DNA of 64,000 nt from NCBI GenBank assembly GCA_050949525.1, contig JBMNFW010000001.1:463890-527889 (forward strand), written 5' to 3'. Each line of letters starts with the position of its first letter. The stretch's first letter is position 1. Origin of the DNA: Patescibacteria group bacterium. Its GTDB lineage: Bacteria > Patescibacteriota > Patescibacteriia > Patescibacteriales > UBA12465. Under the pieces are notes generated by a model. That model did no database searches and had not been told where the DNA came from. It saw only the letters and a list, made by a program, of their open reading frames with translations. The position numbers and the translations under genes are program-made. Positions 19,272 to 28,370 of the stretch are shown here, piece after piece.

Positions 19272-19272
19272 A

Positions 19273-20022
19273 TTATTTTTCAAATTTTCTTCGAGCTGTC
19301 CAATAGGCACAATGATCACAATCAGAAGAAGCTGACGGAATCTCATCATTCTCTAAGCAATCTTTAATTTTAAATAAAGTTTCTTCTACCCAATTATCAT
19401 TACCTAAATATTCAATTAAATTAATTTCAAAATCTAGGCTTTGATTAAAAGAATCCTTACTCATATCTCCAGTACAATAGACAAAATAAGCGGAATTAGA
19501 CACCTTCAAGCCTTTTTGCCTTAATAACCATTGATAAACCTCCATTTGACGTTTATAAGTATCTTGCCAATCCTGATCTAATTCTTTAACAGCCTCCTCT
19601 TTAGCTGTAGATTTATAATCAACCACTAAATATTCACCCTGATTATTAATCCATAAATCATCAATAGCCCCACTAACTAATAAATTAGTATCTCGATGAA
19701 GATGTACAATACCACCAAAATTCTTTCGCCACTCTTCTAATTCTTCATGAAAAACTGGTCGAATATCAAGCCCAGCTTCTTGTTGCATAGGATGAGGCTC
19801 TCCTTTTTGTCGATAAAAATCAAACTCTTTTTTTAATAAATGATCAACGGCACTATTAAGAGAAAAAGGGAAACCAGGAACTCGCTTTAAACCTAATTTA
19901 TTATCTAAATAAAAACAACGAGGGCACTCTAAAAACAAATCAATTTTAGAACGACTAAGTTTCCAATTAGAACCACCATAATTCCAAGATGAAGCCCGCA
20001 TTGGATTATAATATTGCGACAT
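19273..20022 (-). CDS. PD-(D/E)XK-family nuclease with CxxC...CxxC pair (Cas4/RecB-like core)
   Basis: 249 aa; N-terminal CPRC, core GAIDDLWINNQGEYLVVDYKS (D...D/E-x-K), YxxQMEVYQWLL (QxxxY-like), C-terminal CDHC. Confidence 0.65.
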   Translation of the reverse strand: MSQYYNPMRASSWNYGGSNWKLSRSKIDLFLECPRCFYLDNKLGLKRVPGFPFSLNSAVDHLLKKEFDFYRQKGEPHPMQQEAGLDIRPVFHEELEEWRKNFGGIVHLHRDTNLLVSGAIDDLWINNQGEYLVVDYKSTAKEEAVKELDQDWQDTYKRQMEVYQWLLRQKGLKVSNSAYFVYCTGDMSKDSFNQSLDFEINLIEYLGNDNWVEETLFKIKDCLENDEIPSASSDCDHCAYWTARRKFEK

Positions 20023-20031
20023 ATATTAAAA

Positions 20032-21063
20032 TTACTTTTTAATTAAACGATAATAAAGATTTAAATAAGAATCTACCATTTGTTCCAAGGAAAACTTACT
20101 CTTCACTCTCTCTAGACAGTCCTCTTTATTTAAATCTTTAACCATCTTTACAGCTCGCACTAAATCATTAAAATTATTATCTACTACATAACCACTCTTA
20201 CCAGATTCAATTAACTCTTTAAAAGCTCCCTGATCATAAACCACTGCTGGCACAGCTGAAGCTAAAGATTCTAAAATACTATTACCAAAAGCCTCTTTTA
20301 CTCTATTAGGTTGAATCAGACAATAAGCTCGACTTAATAACTCTTTCTTTTTATCCCCTAAAACCTCACCTAAATAAACAATTTGTTGACCATCAATATT
20401 AGGATAAAAATGTTTTTTTAAAAAATCAGTATCAGTATCAGAAATTTTACCAGCAATAATTAACCTCATCTTTAACTTTTTAGCTACCTTAATAGCTGTA
20501 TCTACCCCCTTCTGAGGTGAAACTCGAGCTAAGAAAAGTAAATAATCCCCCATCTGATCTGACTGATAAAACTCTCGATAATCTAATCCATTGTAAATAA
20601 AATCTTGCCAATTTAAAAACGGCAGAATTTTCTTTAACGATTTAGAAATACCAACATAATTTAAATGACGATATTCCTTTAATAATTGCTTTTCTTGTTC
20701 AAAAAACTCTCCATAACGAATAGAATGAATAGATGGAGTTTGAACTAAATCCGCAAAAATAACACTTTTATGCTCCACGGCACAATGAATAATATCAAAA
20801 TCATTAGATCGTTGAAAAGCTCGAGCAATATTATTATATTCATGAATCTCTGAATAATCCCCCTGATAATGTTGCGGACGAACCGATATTAACTTCTGGG
20901 CCTTAGTTTTAGAATTACCAGAAGCCAATAAAGTTACCTGATGCCCCCGATCAACTAAAGCATCAACTAAAAAACCAATTGAAGATCCGGTACCACCCCG
21001 TGAATGAGCTGAGGTTTCTTCCCATAACTTTGAAACTATGGCTATTTTTAATTTCTTTTTCAT
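20032..21063 (-). CDS. Glycosyltransferase family 4
   Basis: 343 aa; RGGTGSSIGFLVDALVDRGHQVTLL, ARVSPQKGVD, EAFGNSILESLASAVP (E-x7-E). Confidence 0.8.
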   Translation of the reverse strand: MKKKLKIAIVSKLWEETSAHSRGGTGSSIGFLVDALVDRGHQVTLLASGNSKTKAQKLISVRPQHYQGDYSEIHEYNNIARAFQRSNDFDIIHCAVEHKSVIFADLVQTPSIHSIRYGEFFEQEKQLLKEYRHLNYVGISKSLKKILPFLNWQDFIYNGLDYREFYQSDQMGDYLLFLARVSPQKGVDTAIKVAKKLKMRLIIAGKISDTDTDFLKKHFYPNIDGQQIVYLGEVLGDKKKELLSRAYCLIQPNRVKEAFGNSILESLASAVPAVVYDQGAFKELIESGKSGYVVDNNFNDLVRAVKMVKDLNKEDCLERVKSKFSLEQMVDSYLNLYYRLIKK

Positions 21064-21092
21064 ATCTTTATTATAACATTATTTTAGAAAAT

Positions 21093-21114
21093 AAAAAAAG
21101 CTCAAACTGAGCTC
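21093..21114 (-). terminator. Intrinsic terminator
   Basis: Stem AGCTCA / TGAGCT (21099-21104 / 21108-21113); T-run on the minus strand. Confidence 0.6.
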
Positions 21115-21123
21115 TTATTTTTA

Positions 21124-21384
21124 TTAATAATCCATATCAAAGAATATATTATTTCTTTGTTGTGAAATTCGTCTCTGACGAATTTCCTCTAATCTTTTTC
21201 TCTCTAACACTTCAGGTATATCACCTGAAGAAATTTCTAGCTGTCTACATCTCTTTTCCCAGGCTTCCCTAATTCGAGAATGCCCTCTTCTCAGATGTAA
21301 TTTTCTAATTATATCTGATAAAATTTTTACTTCCTCCTGAGACATTTGGAAAATAATCCCAGGAAGTATTTCCTCTATATTCAT
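21124..21384 (-). CDS. Hypothetical protein (Arg-rich helical)
   Basis: 86-aa ORF with its own downstream terminator; no recognisable family. Confidence 0.45.
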   Translation of the reverse strand: MNIEEILPGIIFQMSQEEVKILSDIIRKLHLRRGHSRIREAWEKRCRQLEISSGDIPEVLERKRLEEIRQRRISQQRNNIFFDMDY

Positions 21385-21440
21385 ATTTATATTTTTAAAG
21401 ATCCGGTTTTATTAAATCATATTATTTATAATTTGTCAAA

Positions 21441-21469
21441 AGAAAAAACCCCTTAAATTAATGGGGTCT
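21441..21469 (-). terminator. Intrinsic terminator
   Basis: Minus strand GACCCC-AUUAAUUUAA-GGGGU followed by UUUUUCUUUU. Confidence 0.6.
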
Positions 21470-21476
21470 TTTCTTT

Positions 21477-21602
21477 TTACTTTTTATTATTTTTCTTAGC
21501 CGCTTTTTCTTCTAACATAATACGCTTAGCCTCTAATCTCTTAGCGGTTTTATGGGATTTACTAGCCTTTCTTCGACCAACCCGATGCGGTTTTAATGCC
21601 AT
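21477..21602 (-). CDS. Small highly basic protein (41 aa), unassigned
   Basis: Not in ORF track. Manual translation: MALKPHRVGRRKASKSHKTAKRLEAKRIMLEEKAAKKNNKK. Followed by a terminator. Composition is ribosomal-protein-like, but I cannot place it in a family. Confidence 0.4.
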   Translation of the reverse strand: MALKPHRVGRRKASKSHKTAKRLEAKRIMLEEKAAKKNNKK

Positions 21603-21625
21603 ATTATTATATTATTAATTATTAA

Positions 21626-22792
21626 TTATTTAAAAATCATTGAACCTAAATTATCTTTAATACCTAAAACTAAACCTCCTGAATCATCAAAATTGAAGCT
21701 ATCAACCTCCGAAATCATAGAAATAAACTCTTCTTCTTGCGATCCTTCACAAAATAACTGATGATAAGCTATTTGACTAAACTTAATTTCATAATTATCA
21801 ATCTCATAAAATCCAGCAGCATTATTACAATCGGTCTTAAAAGAAACTGTTCCATCAGAATTTAAAACTATAGAAAAAGCGTTCTCTTTTTTTGACTTCA
21901 CTATCTCATCATTACTATACCTAGTCTCTACCCAAAACCATTCCTTAGATTGCAAGAGATCAAAATTATCCACCTCTTTCCATAATAAAGGATTTAATTC
22001 TCCATTATCAATAAAGATTCCGACTGGACCTAAAGAACAATCACTAACACTACATTTATCAAAAAAGAATATCACACCATCATCACTAATAACAAAATTT
22101 TCTAAATTAGCTGCAAAGGGCCAAGTATCACATTTTTCATAATCCATACTAACAGCATCATCTTTAAGACAAGTAAAACCTAAGCCTTTAGCGGTTAAAT
22201 TAAAATCAGAAAAAACTTCAGGATATAATAGAGAGTTTTTTAATAACAATCTAGAAAGAAGTAGCTCATCATCTTGATTATTATTAAATCCTAATTCTTG
22301 AATAAAATCATCAAGCTCTATTAATCCCTTTTGATTGAAAGTAAAGGTTTTAACCCGTTCATTAATATCATCTTCGTTAGTATATGTTTTAATTATGAAT
22401 AAATAAGAAACACTTTGTTTTGATTTTGATTCTAAACTACTAAAATTAATATCAAGATTATAAACCTGATTCTCAACCCTTTCTTCCTCGGCTTGCTGTA
22501 CTAAATTTTCAACAAAACTCTTCATAATCCCCTCTTTATCTAAATCTTCTAATGGATATCGCGCCTCAATGTTATAAAATTCTGTTTTAGATTTAATTTT
22601 ATCAAAAGGAACCTGCTCTTTAAATTTAAGAAAAAATACCAAACAGATTAAAGCTAGAATAAACATAACTAAGGATAAAATCCTTAACCCTCTTGATTTT
22701 CGTCCAATTAAAAAAACAACCAAAGCACAAAGAAAAATAATAACTAACCACATATTTTCAAAATTAAGTATTATCAAATTAATCCTTAACAC
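21626..22792 (-). CDS. Membrane-anchored protein with C-terminal META (HslJ-like) domain
   Basis: 388 aa; N-terminal TM; C-terminus DGTVSFKTDCNNAAGFYEIDNYEIKFSQIAYHQLFCEGSQEEEF resembles the META domain pattern (C-N-x-x-x-G-x-Y ... C). Confidence 0.55.
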   Translation of the reverse strand: MLRINLIILNFENMWLVIIFLCALVVFLIGRKSRGLRILSLVMFILALICLVFFLKFKEQVPFDKIKSKTEFYNIEARYPLEDLDKEGIMKSFVENLVQQAEEERVENQVYNLDINFSSLESKSKQSVSYLFIIKTYTNEDDINERVKTFTFNQKGLIELDDFIQELGFNNNQDDELLLSRLLLKNSLLYPEVFSDFNLTAKGLGFTCLKDDAVSMDYEKCDTWPFAANLENFVISDDGVIFFFDKCSVSDCSLGPVGIFIDNGELNPLLWKEVDNFDLLQSKEWFWVETRYSNDEIVKSKKENAFSIVLNSDGTVSFKTDCNNAAGFYEIDNYEIKFSQIAYHQLFCEGSQEEEFISMISEVDSFNFDDSGGLVLGIKDNLGSMIFK

Positions 22793-24269
22793 ATCTAACA
22801 GTTAAACCTAAAGTATCTAATATATTAGCAATACTAGCTAATTCACTAACTAATTCTCCATAACTAGAAGAGCCAATAAGATCTTCATTAATTTTACAAA
22901 AGAAAGAAAAATCGTCATCACCTCGCCAAGAAAGAGAAAAATGATTATCAGGTCCCCAAGAGTTTGTATAATAAGGAATGCTTGGATAATTAATAAAACT
23001 AATCATACCACTAGGCAGGAAACTAAGTCCTGATTCATTGGTTCCCCACTCAATAGAACTTAATTTCTTAACTGGTTTTTCTCCCAGAAAATTTTCTAAA
23101 TCAGTCCAATCATCATTACTAGAGATATGCCAACCATTAGGACAAACATTTTCGGTTTGAACAGCTATTTGATTATATAATACTCCAAAGTTACTATAAA
23201 TATTAAAATCATCAGAAAAATTGTCAAAATTAATTAATCCAGTTTCCCCTATCTCTATATCTCCAACTACTATATTTTTAGCTGGAATATTTCCATCATA
23301 AGCAAAAACAGCATAAGCTGATTGCCCATTTTCAGTACGATTATTGAATTCACTTGGCGTATAAACAGCTGGTAAATATCTTAAATTCTGTTTAAACCAA
23401 CACTTACCATTAATGCTTAAAGTTTCATAAACATTACCATCTCTCTCATCAATGAAGTCATCACCACAGATCCATTCTTTAACTGATGATCCAGAAGAAC
23501 TAATTGGTAATAATGGTAAAGGTAAAACACTTTCTTCAGTTTGATCGTTTCTTGTACTAGTAATAGTAATAGTATTACCATAGATGATTTGATTATCAGA
23601 GGTAATGAGATAGGCTCGGAAGAAGGGATAAGTACCAGGAACTAGATTTTGAATATTAAGAGTATAACTATTATTAGTATTAACAGTATCATCTATTACT
23701 TTATCTTCATAATCATCTAAACTAGGAACTAGTTTAATATCAGGTAATACAGAATAATCATAGATAATACCTCGTTCTTTAATACTAATATTATCAGGAT
23801 TGATAATATTAGTAGTAATAGGGATAATATGAGAGAAATCTTTTAATTCTTCAATCTTCTGAGTTTCTAAGATAATATTATTAATATCATCATTATTATT
23901 ATCTAATAATGTATCTTCTAAACCTAATTCTCTTAATATATCTAGAGCTTCATGAGGACGACCTAAATAGATAGCTTCTAAAGTATCAGGATGGATGTAA
24001 TAGGCTCGGCCATCTTCTTCGACTGATATTAATATGACTCCAGCTAATCTTTCTGGGAACTTAGTAGCTAGAAATCTATCGAGATCAGCTTTAGATATAC
24101 CTAGACCTAGTTTTTGCATAATATCGAAGGCTTCTCTAGGACTAGACAGAGACTTTCTTTCAGCAGGACTTAATACTCGACCAGGAGAGAAAGAAATATT
24201 AGCTAGAGAGAAAGTAATGGAAGCCAGGAATAATAGTCCGAGGCTTAGTATTAGAATTCGTTTTTTCAT
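22779..24269 (-). CDS. Secreted protein with C-terminal FISUMP (Fibrobacter succinogenes major paralogous) domain
   Basis: 496 aa; signal peptide MKKRILILSLGLLFLASITFSLA; DERDGNVYETLSINGKCWFKQNL...GVLYN...CPNGWHISSNDDWTDLENFLG is typical of TIGR02145-type domains. Confidence 0.7.
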   Translation of the reverse strand: MKKRILILSLGLLFLASITFSLANISFSPGRVLSPAERKSLSSPREAFDIMQKLGLGISKADLDRFLATKFPERLAGVILISVEEDGRAYYIHPDTLEAIYLGRPHEALDILRELGLEDTLLDNNNDDINNIILETQKIEELKDFSHIIPITTNIINPDNISIKERGIIYDYSVLPDIKLVPSLDDYEDKVIDDTVNTNNSYTLNIQNLVPGTYPFFRAYLITSDNQIIYGNTITITSTRNDQTEESVLPLPLLPISSSGSSVKEWICGDDFIDERDGNVYETLSINGKCWFKQNLRYLPAVYTPSEFNNRTENGQSAYAVFAYDGNIPAKNIVVGDIEIGETGLINFDNFSDDFNIYSNFGVLYNQIAVQTENVCPNGWHISSNDDWTDLENFLGEKPVKKLSSIEWGTNESGLSFLPSGMISFINYPSIPYYTNSWGPDNHFSLSWRGDDDFSFFCKINEDLIGSSSYGELVSELASIANILDTLGLTVRCVKD

Positions 24270-24343
24270 ATGGTTTATGATTAGTTGTATTATATGTATA
24301 TTATACTACTTTTGTGGGAAAAGATAAAGTAAAATATCTTTAT

Positions 24344-24775
24344 TTAAATAATTAAAAAAATGAAAAACAAAACTAGACTAAAAATAAATTCAGTTGAAGA
24401 GAAATAAGGAATGGGACCTTTAATATTAAACTTCTTAATTGGGTAAAAAGGGTAAAAGGAAGAATCATCTAACATATCTAATATGAAATGACCTAAATAC
24501 GCTATCGAAAAAATTAAAGCAAAACCAGGATTAAATAAATAAAGTAAAAAGGATAAAAATATCCAAGCAAAAAAACTATGTAAGTAAACTCGGGAACTAT
24601 CACCACTAGTTCGAGTTCGACGCCAAAACTCTGACCATGAAAGATCTTTCTTAAAAGGCCAATTAGGAATCAAATGATCAACATCGATTAATAATGAGCC
24701 ACATAAAGAGGCTGTATAGTCACCACTAAGTTTACCAATAATCAAACCTAAAGCTAAATGAGTTGTGCCATACAT
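24344..24775 (-). CDS. Membrane-bound metal-dependent hydrolase (YdjM/DUF457-like)
   Basis: 143 aa; MYGTTHLALGLIIG...DVDHLIP...GHFILDMLD His/Asp pattern of DUF457. Confidence 0.6.
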   Translation of the reverse strand: MYGTTHLALGLIIGKLSGDYTASLCGSLLIDVDHLIPNWPFKKDLSWSEFWRRTRTSGDSSRVYLHSFFAWIFLSFLLYLFNPGFALIFSIAYLGHFILDMLDDSSFYPFYPIKKFNIKGPIPYFSSTEFIFSLVLFFIFLII

Positions 24776-24777
24776 AT

Positions 24778-25473
24778 TTAAAAAAGATTAATACCGCTCA
24801 AAAAAGAAAAAGAATATATTATTGGAATAATAATTAAACGAAATAATCCAGTCATTAATAATATTAAAACTATAAATAAACCATAACGTTCGATTGATAA
24901 AGCTTTATATTTCAACTTTTCAGGAAGAAAATTTAGAACAATCTTAGATCCATCTAGGGGTGGAATAGGAATAAGATTAAAAAAAGCTAAGAGTAAGTTA
25001 ATAAAAATAAAGATAATGGATAATAAAATAATGCTATGCCAAATATTTCCGGCAATTAAGGAATTTAAAACATCATTATCCCTACTTAAAAAAGATAAAA
25101 ATAAACCTTGCTTAATATTAGCTGCTACTGGTAAAAGACGAACCACTAAACCAAAAAATGTCGCGATTATAATATTAGATAAAGGGCCAGCTATAGCTAC
25201 TTTTAAATCACCATATTTTTTATCCTTAATTCGATTAGGATTATACGGAACTGGTTTAGCCCAAGCTAAAATAAAGCCACTTTGAGATAGAATAAAAAAG
25301 AATGGTAAAATAATAGAGCCAAATAAATCAATATGAGGAATTGGATTTAAGGTTAAACGGCCTAAATCCTTAGCAGTGCTATCTCCTAAACGATTCGCCA
25401 TCCACGCATGACCATATTCATGAATGATAATAGAAAATATTAAAACAATAATAATCAACGCTGTCAGTGCCAT
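24778..25473 (-). CDS. Site-2 protease family zinc metalloprotease (peptidase M50)
   Basis: 231 aa polytopic; HEYGHAW (HExxH) and NLIPIPPLDGSK motifs. Confidence 0.8.
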   Translation of the reverse strand: MALTALIIIVLIFSIIIHEYGHAWMANRLGDSTAKDLGRLTLNPIPHIDLFGSIILPFFFILSQSGFILAWAKPVPYNPNRIKDKKYGDLKVAIAGPLSNIIIATFFGLVVRLLPVAANIKQGLFLSFLSRDNDVLNSLIAGNIWHSIILLSIIFIFINLLLAFFNLIPIPPLDGSKIVLNFLPEKLKYKALSIERYGLFIVLILLMTGLFRLIIIPIIYSFSFLSGINLF

Positions 25474-25605
25474 AAGTATATTATTAATAATTACTTAGTA
25501 TAACAAAAAAGAACCACTTTGACAAAAAATATAAAAATTCCCAAACCCTTGATTATTTAAAAAACTATGCTACAATAATAAATATTTAAAAATAAACAAA
25601 AAGTT

Positions 25606-25782
25606 ATGGGTAAGAAATGTGATGTTTGTGGAAGAAGCTCCACGAAAGGTGCTAGTCGATCACACTCTAATGTTAAGACTTTAAAGCGACAAAACATAAA
25701 TTTACAAAATAGAAATGTCATGGGAATTAAGGCTAAAGTTTGTACTAAATGCTTAAGAACTATGAATAAAAATCAGGACTAA
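25606..25782 (+). CDS. rpmB: 50S ribosomal protein L28
   Basis: Not in ORF track. Manual translation: MGKKCDVCGRSSTKGASRSHSNVKTLKRQNINLQNRNVMGIKAKVCTKCLRTMNKNQD. The G-x-x-RSHS-N-x-K-T-x-R-x-x-x-N-LQ pattern is L28. Confidence 0.85.
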   Translation: MGKKCDVCGRSSTKGASRSHSNVKTLKRQNINLQNRNVMGIKAKVCTKCLRTMNKNQD

Positions 25783-25787
25783 GAGCT

Positions 25788-27227
25788 TCATAAAAAGCAG
25801 TTATTTTTTCTCAATAACTGCTTTTTTATTACCCAAAAACTTAAAACTAAATAATAAATTAAAGCTAAGCCTCGAAACCAATAATCACTAGAAACAAAGT
25901 GAAGCGGAATTTTTACCAAAATATTATTAATAAAAAAAATATAATTAAATAATAACTCTACCACCAAAAACAAAGCTTGAGATAAAAAAGGAATTAAAAA
26001 ATAAACTGCTAAGGCTATTAATGATAAACTCATAATAGGAGCTAGAGTCCATAAAATTAAAAGATTGGCTATCGGTGCAATTAAAGAGATTTGTTTGAAA
26101 TTATATAATAAAACTGGAGCTGAAATAATTTGTACTGATAAACTAATACTAATAATATCTATAAACCCATTCTCCCTTCTGAAAGCTGATTTGATTATAG
26201 GATGAATATAAATAATCCCTAAAACCGCTAAAAAAGATAATTGGAAAGCAATATCGATTAGTAATAATAATGGATTAATAAGCAATAAAACTATACCAGT
26301 ACAAAAAAGAGCTCGACTCATATCAACCTGACGCCCCCAATATAAAGCTAAGAAAGATAAAAAACCCATTAAAGCCGCTCGACAAGCCGAAGCCGGAAAA
26401 GCAATCAAATTTAAATAAAGAAATAAAAAAGCAACAAAAAAGAAAAAACTATAACGACGGGACAAACCCACAAACGATAAAAAGCTAAAAAGTAGCGAAG
26501 ATAAAAGGCTAATATGTAAACCTGAAATAGCTATAATATGACTTAAACCTAAATGAGAAAAATTATCTTTAATCTCCTCAGAAAGAAAAAACTTATCCCC
26601 TAAAAGCATAGCCTTAATAAGCGCCGCACTATCTAGAGAAAGATTTTGATCAAAAATATTTTGCCCGTATTCCTTAAACTTATCCAATCTATTTAAATAA
26701 GTTTTTCTTACTTTTTGATTTAAACTTTCAATTTCTGGATAATAAAAAAGACCCTCGATGCCATCTTTTCTTAAATAAAACTCATAATCAAAACGATCGA
26801 TAGTTTCAGCTCTTTGATAAAGACCTTTTAATCTTAAATATTCATTCCGACTATAACTAGGATAAGGCGAACTAAAAACTAAAAACTTTCGCCCTGACTC
26901 CAAATCCTGAACTTTAAATCTTTGACTAAACTCCCGATTTTCTGGATTAGATATTACCTGAACCTTTAAATCTAAAACGACTGCTGATGGCCAATCAATT
27001 TTATCAACTAAAGTTAATTGATATCGCCATAATCCTAAAATTAAAAAACCAAGAATCAAATAAAGTATTCTCCGATATTTAAAAGAAAATAAAATTAAAA
27101 TTAAAGCGACAATAAAAAATAATAAAGGAAAAATAGAAAAACTAAAAAAATATTGGCCCAAAAAAATACCTAGAGAGAGCGATAAAAAAGAACTTAACAA
27201 AAAATACTTTCTAAACATAAAAGCCAA
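25788..27227 (-). CDS. comEC: ComEC/Rec2-family DNA internalisation channel protein (no beta-lactamase-like domain)
   Basis: 479 aa polytopic; FSHLGLSHIIAISGLHISLL competence-domain signature. Confidence 0.8.
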   Translation of the reverse strand: MAFMFRKYFLLSSFLSLSLGIFLGQYFFSFSIFPLLFFIVALILILFSFKYRRILYLILGFLILGLWRYQLTLVDKIDWPSAVVLDLKVQVISNPENREFSQRFKVQDLESGRKFLVFSSPYPSYSRNEYLRLKGLYQRAETIDRFDYEFYLRKDGIEGLFYYPEIESLNQKVRKTYLNRLDKFKEYGQNIFDQNLSLDSAALIKAMLLGDKFFLSEEIKDNFSHLGLSHIIAISGLHISLLSSLLFSFLSFVGLSRRYSFFFFVAFLFLYLNLIAFPASACRAALMGFLSFLALYWGRQVDMSRALFCTGIVLLLINPLLLLIDIAFQLSFLAVLGIIYIHPIIKSAFRRENGFIDIISISLSVQIISAPVLLYNFKQISLIAPIANLLILWTLAPIMSLSLIALAVYFLIPFLSQALFLVVELLFNYIFFINNILVKIPLHFVSSDYWFRGLALIYYLVLSFWVIKKQLLRKNNCFL

Positions 27228-27274
27228 TAATAATTATTGGCATAATAATATTTTTTACTTAAATTTTTTATCAA

Positions 27275-28366
27275 CTATAACTGCGATCTTAAATAAGCTT
27301 CAATAAAAGGATCAATATCGCCATCCATAACCGCCGCAACATCAGTTAAAGAAAAATTATTACGATGATCCTTAACCATTTGATAGGGTTGAAAAACATA
27401 AGATCGAATTTGCTTTCCCCAAGTCCCCTGACCAGCCCCGGCTTTAATTTCCTTATCCCTCTCCTCTTTTTCCATTTTCTTTAATTGAAAAAGCTTAACC
27501 CGTAAAATATCTAAAGCTCTCTCTTTATTTTGTTGTTGCGATCTTTCACTTTGACACGTAACCACTATTTTAGTCGGTAAATGACTTATTCTAACTGCTG
27601 AATCAGTAGTATTAACACTCTGCCCCCCTGGACCAGATGACTTAAAAACATCTATTTTTAAATCAGAATCCTTAATCTCAACTTGTTCTGAATCTTTTAA
27701 TTCAGGAATAACTTCAACCCCAGCAAAAGAAGTATGTCTCATTTTTTCAGCATCAAAAGGAGAAATACGAACCAAACGATGTACCCCATTCTCCCCTTTT
27801 AAGCGACCATAAACATAGGGTCCACTAATTTTAAAAACAGTGCTCTTTATTCCAGCTTCACTGGCAACACTTCGATCAATAATTTCAACAGAAAACTTCT
27901 TTTTTTCTGCCCAACGTAAATATAAGCGCTCCAATTTTTCAGCAAAATCCTGAGCATCAACTCCACCGGTACCAGCATGAATAGAAATGATAGCATTATT
28001 ATTATCCAAATCATCAGAAAAAAGTAATAAAAATTCAAGACGAGAAAAGTCTTGAAGTATTTTTCTAAACCGAAAATCTAAATCTTTTTTTAAACTATCA
28101 TCGTCATATTCCTGAGCTAAAGATATTAAATCCTCCATATCTTTCAAGGCTTTCGCTAAATTTTCAAAAGACTCAATTTCTTCTTTTAAATTTTCCGCCT
28201 CTTGACTAATATTAATAGCTCGTTTTCTATCACTCCAAAAATCAGTTTGAATCATTAAATCACTAAGATTTTTTAAATTCTTTTTCTTTGATTCAATATT
28301 CAAAGCCTCTTTAGTCTCCTTAATCTTTAACTTTAAATCTTTAATTTGTTTTAATAAATCCTGCAT
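27275..28366 (-). CDS. prfB: Peptide chain release factor 2 (single uninterrupted ORF)
   Basis: 363 aa; SPF tripeptide (RISPFDA) and GGQ (SGPGGQSVNTTDSAVRISHLPT). Confidence 0.92.
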   Translation of the reverse strand: MQDLLKQIKDLKLKIKETKEALNIESKKKNLKNLSDLMIQTDFWSDRKRAINISQEAENLKEEIESFENLAKALKDMEDLISLAQEYDDDSLKKDLDFRFRKILQDFSRLEFLLLFSDDLDNNNAIISIHAGTGGVDAQDFAEKLERLYLRWAEKKKFSVEIIDRSVASEAGIKSTVFKISGPYVYGRLKGENGVHRLVRISPFDAEKMRHTSFAGVEVIPELKDSEQVEIKDSDLKIDVFKSSGPGGQSVNTTDSAVRISHLPTKIVVTCQSERSQQQNKERALDILRVKLFQLKKMEKEERDKEIKAGAGQGTWGKQIRSYVFQPYQMVKDHRNNFSLTDVAAVMDGDIDPFIEAYLRSQL

Positions 28367-28370
28367 AGAA

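Noticed and set aside
22779-24269. Diversity-generating retroelement target (variable C-terminal domain of a secreted protein).
   Set aside because: No reverse transcriptase gene and no template/variable repeat pair with adenine-specific mismatches are visible anywhere in the window.
27275-28366. Programmed +1 frameshift in prfB (CUU UGA C site near codon 26).
   Set aside because: The RF2 reading frame is continuous from the ATG at 28366 through the N-terminal domain. No in-frame UGA or frame change is needed, so this prfB is of the non-frameshifted type.
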